54,690 nucleotides of DNA from Patescibacteria group bacterium (GCA_022564195.1 JADFLW010000008.1:1-54690); one strand, 5' to 3'. Shown: positions 1 through 9,763, numbered from the stretch's first letter. The notes: a model not told the origin generated them from the sequence alone. A program made the numbers and translations.

Positions 1-131
1 ATCGTAGCGGTCACCAGCATAATGGAATCGCCGTATTGGACCACAACGGAGCCGTTAGCCTGCTGCGCGAGCAGCCCGCACTGTATTTCCAGGGTCCTTG
101 CCCCTACTTCGCGTTGAAAAGAAGATAACAT
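1..131 (-). CDS. pnp: polyribonucleotide nucleotidyltransferase (PNPase), first 43 codons only; continues past the left edge
   Basis: Absent from the ORF track because it has no stop in the window. Minus-strand ATG at 131..129, with AGGAGA (139..144) 7 nt upstream. The translation [43 protein letters not shown] follows the conserved PNPase N-terminus (G-R-x-L-x-x-E-x-G-x-x-A-x-Q-A-x-G-S-V-x-V-x-Y-G-D-[ST]-x-x-L-x-T-A). Confidence 0.7.
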   Translation of the reverse strand, partial: MLSSFQREVGARTLEIQCGLLAQQANGSVVVQYGDSIMLVTAT

Positions 132-909
132 AAAATAATCTCCTATATAACTTTGATCTTTTAAATCGTACTGCTGAGAATATCAAAATCGAAAGAGAAA
201 AAAATAATCCCTGATATTCACTGTAAATAGTAAGAAAATTTATTAAAGCCAGGGCGCCCATGTAGACATTGAGGTTCTCGCGCGAATCCGATTCAATACT
301 TTTTATGGTTTTTTGGAATATGAACAAACCAACAATCCAGAAATAATGCCAGATGATGTCCCATGAATACGTATTTGAAAAAAACCATAAGTTCGGTGCC
401 ATCAAAATGAAAGTTGCTGATCCAACAACGGAAGGTATAACTCGGTTGTTGCGCGGTAAGATATCGTACAGCAACAAATACACGAACAGGGCAGCAATAA
501 AATGAAGCAATATATTAAGAAGTTGCAAGTTTAACACTGAAATCTCCAACTGCAAAAACTCAAAAATCGAATAAGCGAAAATTATTGAGAATGGTGGAAA
601 GGTGATATAGTAACCTTTTCCATCTGGACTTAATAATCTAGTAGTTGCATCCCAAACAAATCTATTAGTTTCTTCAGGGTATGTTTGAAGAATTCTAAAT
701 CGGTGTTTGAGGGCTCCCTGGCTTCGAAGATTTTCTAAAGCAATCAGGCTTTGCGCGGTCAACCACTCATGGTCATCACCTAAACGCCTATTCATGTTCG
801 GGATCCGAATGAACACTGATATGATAAAAATGATCGCTACAAAGCCCAAGCCAACAGCCATACGGAGGTTGCTGTTGAGACGCAGTATTGGTGTGTTTCG
901 CATAATCAC
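55..909 (-). CDS. polytopic membrane protein, possibly a truncated GT-C-fold glycosyltransferase
   Basis: 284-aa ORF with many hydrophobic helices and an acidic first loop (LGDDHEW), as in ArnT/PMT-like enzymes. It is only about half their usual length. Its last 77 nt overlap the pnp start. Confidence 0.45.
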   Translation of the reverse strand: MIMRNTPILRLNSNLRMAVGLGFVAIIFIISVFIRIPNMNRRLGDDHEWLTAQSLIALENLRSQGALKHRFRILQTYPEETNRFVWDATTRLLSPDGKGYYITFPPFSIIFAYSIFEFLQLEISVLNLQLLNILLHFIAALFVYLLLYDILPRNNRVIPSVVGSATFILMAPNLWFFSNTYSWDIIWHYFWIVGLFIFQKTIKSIESDSRENLNVYMGALALINFLTIYSEYQGLFFSLSILIFSAVRFKRSKLYRRLFYVIFFSTRSRGKDPGNTVRAARAAG

Positions 910-982
910 AGGTGATTCTTTCAGGTGCCCAATCCGTAAGGGAGAGAGTAAGTCTATTTTTCCGAGCTGAAACTCCTAAAAA

Positions 983-1375
983 TTATTTCTTGGATGTTTT
1001 CCGCTTTCGCTCCTTCTTATTTAGCATAGATTTTAGTAAAGCATTTTCCTGAGCGAGTTCTTTTATGCGCTTCTCGTGTTTCGAGATGGCGACTGAAAAG
1101 TGCATGGATATTAGCATCAGTCCAATGATCAAAACCAAGAACAACGCAGCGGGCGCATAATCAATTCCAATAAAATTCGAAAATGAGAATAACAACTCGT
1201 TAAATAGAGAAAATATCAACACCAAGCCACCCATAAGAAGCCATAAAAGTGAATATCCCTCTTTTAGATACTCTCTTCTTATCAGGTTGATAATAATAAG
1301 TAACAGAAGAATGCTTCCGACTATAGAGAAAAGCTGTGTGCGAAGAGTTAATGAATTGTCAAGGATGCTATACAT
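983..1375 (-). CDS. DUF2304-family small membrane protein
   Basis: 130 aa. The RREYLKEGYSLLWLL...FSVAISKHEKRIKELAQENALLK layout (three TM helices plus a C-terminal coiled tail) matches DUF2304. That family typically sits next to a GT2 gene, as here. Confidence 0.7.
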   Translation of the reverse strand: MYSILDNSLTLRTQLFSIVGSILLLLIIINLIRREYLKEGYSLLWLLMGGLVLIFSLFNELLFSFSNFIGIDYAPAALFLVLIIGLMLISMHFSVAISKHEKRIKELAQENALLKSMLNKKERKRKTSKK

Positions 1376-1382
1376 AGAGGCT

Positions 1383-2081
1383 TCAATATTTTTTCATTGA
1401 CTCGATCAAGATTGCTACTGAGATAGAGGCCATAAAGTAGAGAGCTTTAAGGGGTGTTACGGAAGACTCCCCCGTGGCTCTCCGGTTCATCTCAACCGGA
1501 GTTTCTTTTATCACAAATCCGTTTCTTAACAACTTTACTATTGATTCAGGTTCTGGAAAGTCGATAGGATAATTACGTACCAAGAAGGCAATCGTTTTTT
1601 TATTAAAGACTCTGTATCCAGAAGTAGAGTCAAAAATTTTTTTGCCGCAAGTGAACAGTATGAGATTTGAGAAAATGGTAATTCCAAGTCGACGCAGAAA
1701 GGAAGCTTTGTAGTTTGTTTTATTGATAAATCTACTTCCGATTACCATGTCTGTTCCGCTATCCAGGTCTGCTATAAGTTGAGGTATGTGGCGTGGATCG
1801 TGTTGCCCATCAGCATCTACTTGGACTGCAATATCGTAGTCTTTGGCAAGAGCATATTTAAGACCAGTTTGAACTGCTCCCCCAATACCTAGATTGAAAG
1901 AAAGGTTGAGAATGCCAGTGCCTGTTTGCTCTGTGACCTCTTTTGTTTTGTCATCTGAGCCGTCGTTTATTACTATCACATCGTATCTGCGGCTTATTTT
2001 CCTAATTGAAGAAATCACTGAGGAAATTGACTTTTCCTCATTATAAGCGGGGATAATAATGCAAACAGACTTTTTCGTCAT
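1383..2081 (-). CDS. GT2 glycosyltransferase, polyprenyl-phosphate sugar synthase type (DPM1/GtrB/ArnC-like)
   Basis: CIIIPAYNEE...VIVINDGSDDKT...QVDADGQHDP motifs, with a C-terminal hydrophobic tail. Confidence 0.85.
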   Translation of the reverse strand: MTKKSVCIIIPAYNEEKSISSVISSIRKISRRYDVIVINDGSDDKTKEVTEQTGTGILNLSFNLGIGGAVQTGLKYALAKDYDIAVQVDADGQHDPRHIPQLIADLDSGTDMVIGSRFINKTNYKASFLRRLGITIFSNLILFTCGKKIFDSTSGYRVFNKKTIAFLVRNYPIDFPEPESIVKLLRNGFVIKETPVEMNRRATGESSVTPLKALYFMASISVAILIESMKKY

Positions 2082-2198
2082 CGATTTTCATCATTCTATT
2101 ATGAAAGCGCTTTTTAATACAAGAAACATCATCATTCTTGCAGTTTGTGTATTTTTACTTCGCCTTTTTTTTGTCACATTGCTTTTAGCCAAGCTTAA

Positions 2199-2227
2199 CT
2201 GACTTTTATGTCTTCCATGGATATAAT
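2199..2227 (+). promoter_or_regulatory. candidate sigma70-type promoter (CTGACT-17 nt-TATAAT) for the 2291 gene
   Basis: -35-like hexamer at 2199..2204 and TATAAT at 2222..2227, with a 17-nt spacer. It lies in the divergent intergenic region. Confidence 0.35.
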
Positions 2228-2290
2228 CATATCACCGATGCGTCGATGACGGCATCTGAAGTACTTGATGCTTCTGATTTTTAAAGTGAT

Positions 2291-3654
2291 ATGATCTCAG
2301 CAAATCGTATTATCGCCAAACTTCACAAAGATTTCCTGTTAGCAACAGTTATTTTTGTTGTCGCCATGGTCGTCTATCTTAGCAATGGGCGAATGATTGA
2401 AAGTTCTGATGTTGTTCCTGCTTCTGTTCTTCCCGTTTTAAACGTCCGAGAGAAAACTATCTATTTCGATGATATGTTAAGTGAAGTACAGTACTACATC
2501 CACGGTAGAAACCCTTACGATTACTTTCTCGTTAAAACTCGCGGCCACGTCGTGTCGTGGTTTCCGATCGTCTTGCCAGTTGTTCTCATTCCACTCTACT
2601 TCTTTTATAACTTATCTTTAGAAATTAGAAACATTCCGTTTTCATTTTATAACTTCAAATATGTTGAAAGTCATATCTCGTTCCTCAAGCTTTCCGCGTC
2701 CCTTATTGCTGCTTTTTCTGGTGTTTCTCTTTATTTGATTTTGAAGATGATCTGGAAGAGTAGTAAAGTCGCTCTTCTTACAACTTTCATCTATTTGTTT
2801 TGTGCAAGTGCTTGGGTGATCAACAGTCAAGAATTATGGCAACACGGCTTAGGCAATCTCTTATTTTTCATTTTGATCTTTTTGTATTTACTTACGGCCG
2901 TCTATGGATTCTCTAAGAGCATTTTTTATACTTCCTCATGGGGGGTACGCTGAGTCTCTTCATTCTCAACAGGCCCAGCGCGCTCCTTTTATCTATTCCC
3001 TTTTTCTTGATGTTTCCGATCATGCTCAATAAGCGCTTTTATAGGAATACGATGGCGTATTTATTGGGATTTTTGTTCTTAGGAATGCCCTTCTTTTTGT
3101 ACAATCAGTATTTCCTTGGGAATTACTTGTTAGGTTCTTACGCTCTGATCACCGATGCTTTTCATTTGCCAAAACTTACCTCTCTGGCTGGTCTGCTTAT
3201 CTCTCCGAGTAGAGGCCTTTTTATCTATTCACCAGTATTTCTCTTTTCATTCTTTGGGGCCTTTTTATTGGTCAAATCATCTTTTTCTCGTAGAACCTAC
3301 TTCTTAAAGCTCTTGGGTCTGGTTGGGGTACTTTACCTTCTTTTTTTGTCTGGTTTTGCTAGTTGGACGGGATCCTGGAGTTACGGACCTCGGTATTTAA
3401 CCGATCTTTTACCAATATTGGCAATTTATCTGTCATATTTTATTAACCACCTTCTGAGGCGTAATTTTCGATATAAACAATTTTATTTCTCCGTTTTCTT
3501 CATTGCTGCTATTTTCTCATTCTTTGTTCAATATATAGGAGCTTTTTACTTCACTTATCAATGGGATGCTCGAGTAGAAAAGTCAGGTGTTAGTTTTGAG
3601 GAAGCAGCTTGGGATTGGAAAAGTCCTCAGATTCTCTCAATATTTTCAGAATAA
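2291..3654 (+). pseudogene. GT-C-like polytopic membrane glycosyltransferase split into two ORFs (2291..2953 and 2938..3654) by a frameshift at a G6 tract
   Basis: Both ORFs are helix-rich and collinear. They overlap by 16 nt at the G run 2940..2945. One extra G joins them as ...YTSSWGGTLSLFILNRP... Confidence 0.55.
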
Positions 3655-3749
3655 TTGCTATCTATATTTTTGTGGATATCTAGTATCTACATGGTAGAAG
3701 CTGTTTTCGCTTTCTGTTACATTGCTGTTGAGTACTTTTAACGGATCCT

Positions 3750-5942
3750 ATGTCTACCATTAAACGCAAAAGATCTCGTCGAGCTCTGCGGGTATCGCGG
3801 TTTTTGTTTTTTTTATTGTTGTTTTTAATCTTAGGTTTTAATGGAGGAGTGCTTGAGATCTCGAAGTACTTTTTGCTTTTCGGTCCTTTTGTCCTTGCCT
3901 CTGTTATTGTCCTGGAACATCGCATGCGCAATATTCCTCTTCCCAAACAGAAATCCCTCCTCCCTCTGATTTGGTTTTCTCTTCTCGTTTGGCTTGCTGT
4001 TGCTATTCCTTTTTCTTGGAGCCCTGGGTGGAGTGCTGCTTCCTTTTTTCGAGTGGCTTCCTATGCACTGCTGACTCTGCTCGCGGGCCTGCTGCTGCGA
4101 GATCGTAAGGACGTACGTTCTCTTTCTTATCTCCTTGTCGCTACCGTGTTGTTTTTACTGGCGCATAGCTACCTCTTTCTTCTTCCCGGAATTCGGACGG
4201 CTGGGGGAGCACTCAGCCTCATCTACGCCAGGCACGGACACAGCCATATTGCCGATGCGCTCCTTCTCGTAACACCGCTTGTTTTTGCACTCTCTCTCAA
4301 ACGTAAAGGAAAAATCTGGGCTTTGTTGTTTCCTATTCTCCTTGCTAGTTTCTTTTTCAGCTTCTCTCGCGCCGGGCTTGTGGTTGTCTTCTTCTCGTTG
4401 ATTGTCACCATTTTTCTTCTTCGGAAATCTGTTAATCGAAGGCAGGTTTTGTTCTTGTCTCTACTGGGGTTAGCGATATTGCTGTTTTTATCCCTTCCCG
4501 CCATTCTTGATAGCAACCAAGCTATGGTCAAACGTCATCCCTGGCTTTATCGTCAGGTATTTAAACCCACGAGTGCCACGAGGCGCTTAGCCTATTGGGG
4601 CCAGGCTGTGCGCGCTTTTGGGACGAGACCACTCACGGGAACTGGTCCGGGAACCTTTCGACTGATTTCTCAAGCTGAGCAGAAAGCTCCTGGTGATTTC
4701 TCTTGGTTTGCCCATAATTGGTACCTGCAAACCCTTGTAGAGTCAGGGGTCATTGGCTTCTTTCTATGGTCGTCTCTGTTTTTTATTCTTTTCAGGCGGG
4801 CTTTTCGTGCAACTGGCGTGCGCCGCAGTGATCCGTACTTCGTCGGGCTGTTCGTCGGTGTCCTTGCCTCGAGCGTCCACTCTTTTTTTGATTTCGACTG
4901 GGAATTCCCTGGAGTCTTTCTTTCCTTTTTGGTGATTCTTTTTGTCCTGCAGAACTTTTCTGCGAAGCCTACGTTGAAACCCCTCAACGATAGACTCCAC
5001 TACGCCGTCTTTTTTCTTCTTTCAACGCTTCTGGTTTTTGCTGGTGTCGTGAGTTTGCTTTCTGACGTTTATTGGACTGATGGTAACAAAATCAAAAGCT
5101 TGCGGTTGAATCCTCTGAATTCTTCAAGAATCCTCAATTATGTACGCTCTTTTGGCCCCTGTTGTGACCCCTTCTTTTCTGCTTTTTCCCTTCATCCTAG
5201 GCTCGCCGAGCTCTATGAAGTGTACGGGTACTGGTTTGCCAAACAGGCTGATTATTCTGAAGCGTTAGCCTACTACAAACGCGCGCTCTCGTTTGTCTCA
5301 ATAGGAAGACCCGATCTTGTTTTGACGCTTGCAGATATCTCTGAGCAGTTAGGGGAAAGGCAGAAGCAATATGCACTTCTCGAACGTTATGTTGGGGTTT
5401 ATACAAACATGCCAGGAGAGTTTATGTCTGGCGAATCCCAAGCTGAGATTGACATCTTCAATTCCTACATCCGACTTTCTCTCTCTCGTGGTGACTATGA
5501 TCCTGCCTTTGATGCGTTCTCTGCCCTTATCTCTCCCCGCCGGCGTGGATCCCATATTTACCTGGCCGGTGGATTCATTGAGCGCGCCGAGCTTCTCATC
5601 GAGCAGGGAAGGCTTGAGGAGGGCATGGGGCTGCTTCGTCGCTATTTTGCCCTTGCTGTTCCAGAGGATGATCGAGAATTGTTTCTCCTTGATAAGGCTC
5701 ACCGTAAAATTGGGGAAGTGGCTTTCCTTCTTTCCCGACATGCCTCTAACGATGCGGAGAAAGAGCATTACCTGCAGCAGGCGCTTCGACTGGATCCGTG
5801 GCAATCAGAGTATTATATTAAGTACGGTGATTTGTTGGAACCTTACGCACGAACCGCGGAGGAAAAAATCATCTACGAACGCTGTCTCTCCCTTCTTCCT
5901 CAAGATTATCACTGTCGCATGCGATTGGATCGACTTCCGTGA
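3750..5942 (+). CDS. O-antigen ligase-like (Wzy_C) membrane protein with a C-terminal TPR domain
   Basis: Multi-TM N-terminal region with FSFSRAGLV and HNWYLQTLVESGVIGFFLW signatures. The C-terminal ~280 aa are soluble and carry TPR-like repeats (YSEALAYYKRAL, HYLQQALRLDP). Confidence 0.75.
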   Translation: MSTIKRKRSRRALRVSRFLFFLLLFLILGFNGGVLEISKYFLLFGPFVLASVIVLEHRMRNIPLPKQKSLLPLIWFSLLVWLAVAIPFSWSPGWSAASFFRVASYALLTLLAGLLLRDRKDVRSLSYLLVATVLFLLAHSYLFLLPGIRTAGGALSLIYARHGHSHIADALLLVTPLVFALSLKRKGKIWALLFPILLASFFFSFSRAGLVVVFFSLIVTIFLLRKSVNRRQVLFLSLLGLAILLFLSLPAILDSNQAMVKRHPWLYRQVFKPTSATRRLAYWGQAVRAFGTRPLTGTGPGTFRLISQAEQKAPGDFSWFAHNWYLQTLVESGVIGFFLWSSLFFILFRRAFRATGVRRSDPYFVGLFVGVLASSVHSFFDFDWEFPGVFLSFLVILFVLQNFSAKPTLKPLNDRLHYAVFFLLSTLLVFAGVVSLLSDVYWTDGNKIKSLRLNPLNSSRILNYVRSFGPCCDPFFSAFSLHPRLAELYEVYGYWFAKQADYSEALAYYKRALSFVSIGRPDLVLTLADISEQLGERQKQYALLERYVGVYTNMPGEFMSGESQAEIDIFNSYIRLSLSRGDYDPAFDAFSALISPRRRGSHIYLAGGFIERAELLIEQGRLEEGMGLLRRYFALAVPEDDRELFLLDKAHRKIGEVAFLLSRHASNDAEKEHYLQQALRLDPWQSEYYIKYGDLLEPYARTAEEKIIYERCLSLLPQDYHCRMRLDRLP

Positions 5943-6049
5943 TCATTGTTTTTCTCCTTCTCCTTTTAGACTTGACGTCGCTATGTCGCTGAAGCGGTAT
6001 CGTATTGTTTACGCTACAATATAGCGATACATTATTTTTCTTGCTTCCC

Positions 6050-7246
6050 ATGATCACTAATACTCTTATACTGGTTCCATTTAACAATCCGCTAGATTGG
6101 CCCGCAGATTATCTCTTACAAACATGTTCTACATTATCTTCACATGGTAATCGTGTGTTTGCTTTTTTATGGGAAGATGCAAGGTCTCTGCGGGAAATCC
6201 TCTCCTTGCTTGTTTTTCGTAAGCGGCGGTTTCGTCTTCTTCATCGCAAGGACAACGTACTTTTCTTCACCCCAATACACTTCTTGCCGTTTCGTCGCTT
6301 CCGAATTGTTCGGACTGTGAATCTTTTTGTCAATGTTTTTCTGATGAAGCTTTTCTTTTTCTTGTTCTTCCGAGCTCACAAACGGATTCTTTGGGTCTTT
6401 TCTCCTGAATTCTATCAGCTTCCGAAATTCTTCGGTCGTTCGTTTCTTTCACTTTATGATTGCGTTGATTACTTCTCCTCTCCGAAAAGATCGCTTCACA
6501 AACGTCTTCGTGTCCAGGAGGAACGCCTTGTTCAGGCTTGTGATACCATGGTGGTGAATTCGCGTGCGCTTTTTGAAAAATTTACAAAGAAGCGTTCCCA
6601 TATTGCTGTTGTTCCACTGGGGTTTGCCCTCCCATTGTTTCCCTCTTTCAAAAAGATCGGAAGGAGTTCGCTGCCTTTTCCAGTCGATAAACCAATTATT
6701 GGATATGTAGGCGGTATTAACTATAGACTTGATTTTCGTTTATTGAACGAGCTTGTGGAATATAGTGATGATTACTATTTCGTTTTCATTGGTTCTAAAG
6801 AATCCGAACGAGAAGATTCTTATGCTGAAACGAAAGGTCAATTTGAAAAATTATTCTCCCATCACTATGTCTTCTGGGTTGATTCTTTACCGAAAGAAAA
6901 GATCCCGGCATTTATTGATTATTTCGACGTCGCCTTGATTCCCTATTCTATTCATTTAGAATTCAATAGGTACTGTTATCCTATGAAGTTGTTTGAATAT
7001 TTTTATCTTCAAAAGCCTGTGGTAGCCACGCCTATTCAGGAGTTAACCCGGCTTCAACCTTTGGTTCGCATCGGGTCGAATGCAACTGCATTTCGCCAGC
7101 ACATTCAGCATATCTTGAAAGGTGGTTGGCCTAAGGAACTTCAGAGGCGGCAAAGACGGCTTGCCATTGATAACTCTTGGGAGAAAAAGATTGAGGCTAT
7201 TTCTACGGTTCTTGAGCAGCACCCGATATTTCAGGAGTTGGTATGA
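6050..7246 (+). CDS. glycosyltransferase, GT-B fold (GT4/TuaH-like)
   Basis: VGGINYRLDF...FVFIGS...YPMKLFEYFYLQKPVVATP C-terminal signature. I prefer the ATG at 6050 to the TTG at 6005 used by the ORF track. Confidence 0.75.
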   Translation: MITNTLILVPFNNPLDWPADYLLQTCSTLSSHGNRVFAFLWEDARSLREILSLLVFRKRRFRLLHRKDNVLFFTPIHFLPFRRFRIVRTVNLFVNVFLMKLFFFLFFRAHKRILWVFSPEFYQLPKFFGRSFLSLYDCVDYFSSPKRSLHKRLRVQEERLVQACDTMVVNSRALFEKFTKKRSHIAVVPLGFALPLFPSFKKIGRSSLPFPVDKPIIGYVGGINYRLDFRLLNELVEYSDDYYFVFIGSKESEREDSYAETKGQFEKLFSHHYVFWVDSLPKEKIPAFIDYFDVALIPYSIHLEFNRYCYPMKLFEYFYLQKPVVATPIQELTRLQPLVRIGSNATAFRQHIQHILKGGWPKELQRRQRRLAIDNSWEKKIEAISTVLEQHPIFQELV

Positions 7247-7249
7247 TCT

Positions 7250-8227
7250 ATGTCTGTATTTGTTGTTATTCCTACCATCCGCGATCTCGCTTTCCTCAAA
7301 TCTTGGAAAGGTGAATTCAGGGATTGTCAGATTGTCATTATTGAAGATCGAGAAAAAAAAGAAATTGCCTGTCCGTCCGTCCCGGCCAAAGCTATCCATC
7401 ACTTTTCCTGGGAGGATATTCACAAGGATTTCGGTATAGACGAGTGGATTTTTTCTCGAAAGAATGCTGGCATTCGATCCTACGGATTCTGGAAGGCTTA
7501 TCGGATGGGTGCTGATGTAGTTATCACTTTAGATGATGATTGTTACCCGACCGGAAGCAGCTTTGTCCAGACTCATCTCGAAAATCTTTCCGTTAAAGCA
7601 CCAAGAGACTGGTATCCTACTTACCCAGACCCAAAGTTTATGTTCACGAGAGGGTTTCCCTATAAAGCGCGCGATCAGACGCCTGTGATGATTAGTCATG
7701 GGTTGTGGTCAGGCGTGGTTGACTTGGATGCAAAAACGCTCGTCAATTTTCCCAAACTTAACCAGAATCCGTATCCGCCAATCCGTCAGTTTGTTCCGAA
7801 CGGCTTGTATTTCCCTATGAGTTCTATGAATTTGGCTTTTAAAAGAGAAGCAACTCCTTTAATGTATTTTCCGCTGATGGGAGTGGGTAGTGATGGCACC
7901 GGATGGGGGTACGATCGCTTCGATGATATTTGGGCTGGTTTATTTGCAAAAAAGATTGTCGACCATCTTGGATGGAGTATCGTCAGTGGCTCGCCATTTG
8001 TTCACCATAAGGGTGCTTCTGATCGATTCCAGAATATACAAAAAGAAAAAGATGGACTCGTTGTCAACGAATGGCTTTGGAGACGTGTTGACTCGATGGA
8101 ATTGACGAGACGCACTGCTGCTCGTTGTTACCTTGAGCTCGCAGAAAAGATTCGATTTCCGAAACAGAGGTATTTTCGTAAGCTTCGAGAAGCAATGTTG
8201 ATTTGGGCAAAATTGTTCCTTCACTGA
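7250..8227 (+). CDS. reversibly-glycosylated-polypeptide / UDP-L-arabinopyranose mutase family protein (GT75, PF03214-like)
   Basis: Collinear full-length resemblance to plant RGP1, aligned from memory: VVIPTIRDLAFL, ITLDDDC, TRGFPY, SHGLW, PMSSMNLAF, RFDDIWAG, VHHKGAS, CYLEL, YFRKLREAM. Confidence 0.8.
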   Translation: MSVFVVIPTIRDLAFLKSWKGEFRDCQIVIIEDREKKEIACPSVPAKAIHHFSWEDIHKDFGIDEWIFSRKNAGIRSYGFWKAYRMGADVVITLDDDCYPTGSSFVQTHLENLSVKAPRDWYPTYPDPKFMFTRGFPYKARDQTPVMISHGLWSGVVDLDAKTLVNFPKLNQNPYPPIRQFVPNGLYFPMSSMNLAFKREATPLMYFPLMGVGSDGTGWGYDRFDDIWAGLFAKKIVDHLGWSIVSGSPFVHHKGASDRFQNIQKEKDGLVVNEWLWRRVDSMELTRRTAARCYLELAEKIRFPKQRYFRKLREAMLIWAKLFLH

Positions 8228-8276
8228 TCCGAACTTTTTTAAATAATAACAAGGTCCAGCAAAACATATCGGTCTT

Positions 8277-9041
8277 ATGAATAGTATTGGTTTTAAAAAC
8301 TACTTTGATTTTCTTTGGGCAATGACAGAGAAAGAAATCAAAGTTCGATATAAGAGAGCTATGTTCGGTTTCTTCTGGATCATTCTTAACCCACTTCTTC
8401 AAATGTTAATAATAGGATTGATTTTCTCGTTTTTTATAAAAATTCCAAATTACTTTCTTTTCCTGTTCAGCGGACTGTTACTCTGGCAGTTCTTCAGCCT
8501 CTCAGTATCAAAGACTACTCCTAGCTTTATCTACGAGCGCTCACTCCTGCAAAAAGCTAAATTTCCTAAAGAAGCCATTCCTATCTCTATAATCATTTCC
8601 AACTTTTTTAACCTACTCATCTCTCTTATCCTACTTTTGTCGTTTCTACTTCTAACAGGAAATCTCCCATTTCAAACACTCTGGCTTCTTTTTCCAGCAC
8701 TAATCTGGCTCTTCTTTTTAACAATTGGCTTAAGCTTACTCACATCATCACTCAACGTACGATATAGGGATATTAACTTCTTCGTCCAGTCAACACTCAT
8801 TCTATGGTTCTACGCGACTCCAATCCTCTATAATCTTACTATTATTCCTAGACACCTCTTAATCCTCTACTATCTAAATCCATTGACAACTATATTTGAA
8901 ATTTCACATATAGCTCTTATCAATCAAGGAAAAATAATACCCTCCATTGCTACTACAAATTTAGCGATTTCCTTGATAATTATTACCATTGGTGTAAAAG
9001 TTTACAAAAAAAACAACCCCTTTTTCGTCGACTGGATATAG
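8277..9041 (+). CDS. ABC-2 type polysaccharide/teichoic-acid export permease (Wzm/TagG-like)
   Basis: FDFLWAMTEKEIKVRYKRAMFGFFWIILNPLLQM N-terminal signature and 6 TM helices. Confidence 0.85.
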   Translation: MNSIGFKNYFDFLWAMTEKEIKVRYKRAMFGFFWIILNPLLQMLIIGLIFSFFIKIPNYFLFLFSGLLLWQFFSLSVSKTTPSFIYERSLLQKAKFPKEAIPISIIISNFFNLLISLILLLSFLLLTGNLPFQTLWLLFPALIWLFFLTIGLSLLTSSLNVRYRDINFFVQSTLILWFYATPILYNLTIIPRHLLILYYLNPLTTIFEISHIALINQGKIIPSIATTNLAISLIIITIGVKVYKKNNPFFVDWI

Positions 9042-9043
9042 TT

Positions 9044-9763
9044 ATGAGAAACATCGCAGTTCAACTAAGCAATGTATCTAAAAGATACACTCTCCATCAC
9101 GAAAAACCCACTTTGATAGAAAATATTTTAGCTAGAAGAAATTCAGAGAAGTTTTGGGCTTTAAAAAATATAGACTTGGCGATCAAAAAGGGCGAAAGAA
9201 TTGGCATCATTGGCCCAAATGGTTCTGGTAAAACAACGCTCTTGAAAATCATTTCCGGTATTACAACACCAACCACGGGTACGGTTGAAACTAGCGGAAA
9301 ACTTGTTTCGCTTATAGAGCTCGAAGCGGGTTTTCACTCAGACCTCACTGGTGAAGAGAATATTACTTTAAACGGACTACTCATGGGTATGAACAAGAAT
9401 GAAATACGTAGAAGAATGAAAGATATTATTACATTTGCAAATATCGGAAGCTTCATCGATTCACCATTTTATACGTACTCAAGTGGGATGGCGTTGCGTC
9501 TTGGCTTTTCTATAGCCGTACACGTTAACCCCGACATTCTCGTGCTGGATGAAAATCTTGCCGTTGGAGACCAAGAATTTAAGAAAAAATCATTACGTAA
9601 GATTGAACAGTTCTTCAAAGAGAAGAAAACAGTCATTTTAGTATCCCAGTGGTTCGACTTTGTCGAAAAGTATTGCACTCGAGTAATTCTGTTGAAAAAG
9701 GGGAAAGTAGTTACTCGGGGAACATTTTCGTCTGCTTATCGACGTTACAATAGTGAACCATGA
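9044..9763 (+). CDS. ABC polysaccharide export ATP-binding protein (Wzt/TagH-like, short form)
   Basis: Walker A GPNGSGKTT, signature YSSGM, Walker B ILVLDE. Starts 3 nt after the permease stop. Confidence 0.9.
   Translation: MRNIAVQLSNVSKRYTLHHEKPTLIENILARRNSEKFWALKNIDLAIKKGERIGIIGPNGSGKTTLLKIISGITTPTTGTVETSGKLVSLIELEAGFHSDLTGEENITLNGLLMGMNKNEIRRRMKDIITFANIGSFIDSPFYTYSSGMALRLGFSIAVHVNPDILVLDENLAVGDQEFKKKSLRKIEQFFKEKKTVILVSQWFDFVEKYCTRVILLKKGKVVTRGTFSSAYRRYNSEP

Noticed and set aside
5349-6024. Overlapping ORFs 5349..5804 (-) and 5371..6024 (+) at the 3' end of the ligase/TPR gene
   Set aside because: Both overlap the TPR-encoding part of a continuous 730-aa ORF and have no motifs of their own. 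The intergenic part of 5371..6024 is better explained as the promoter/leader of the 6050 gene.
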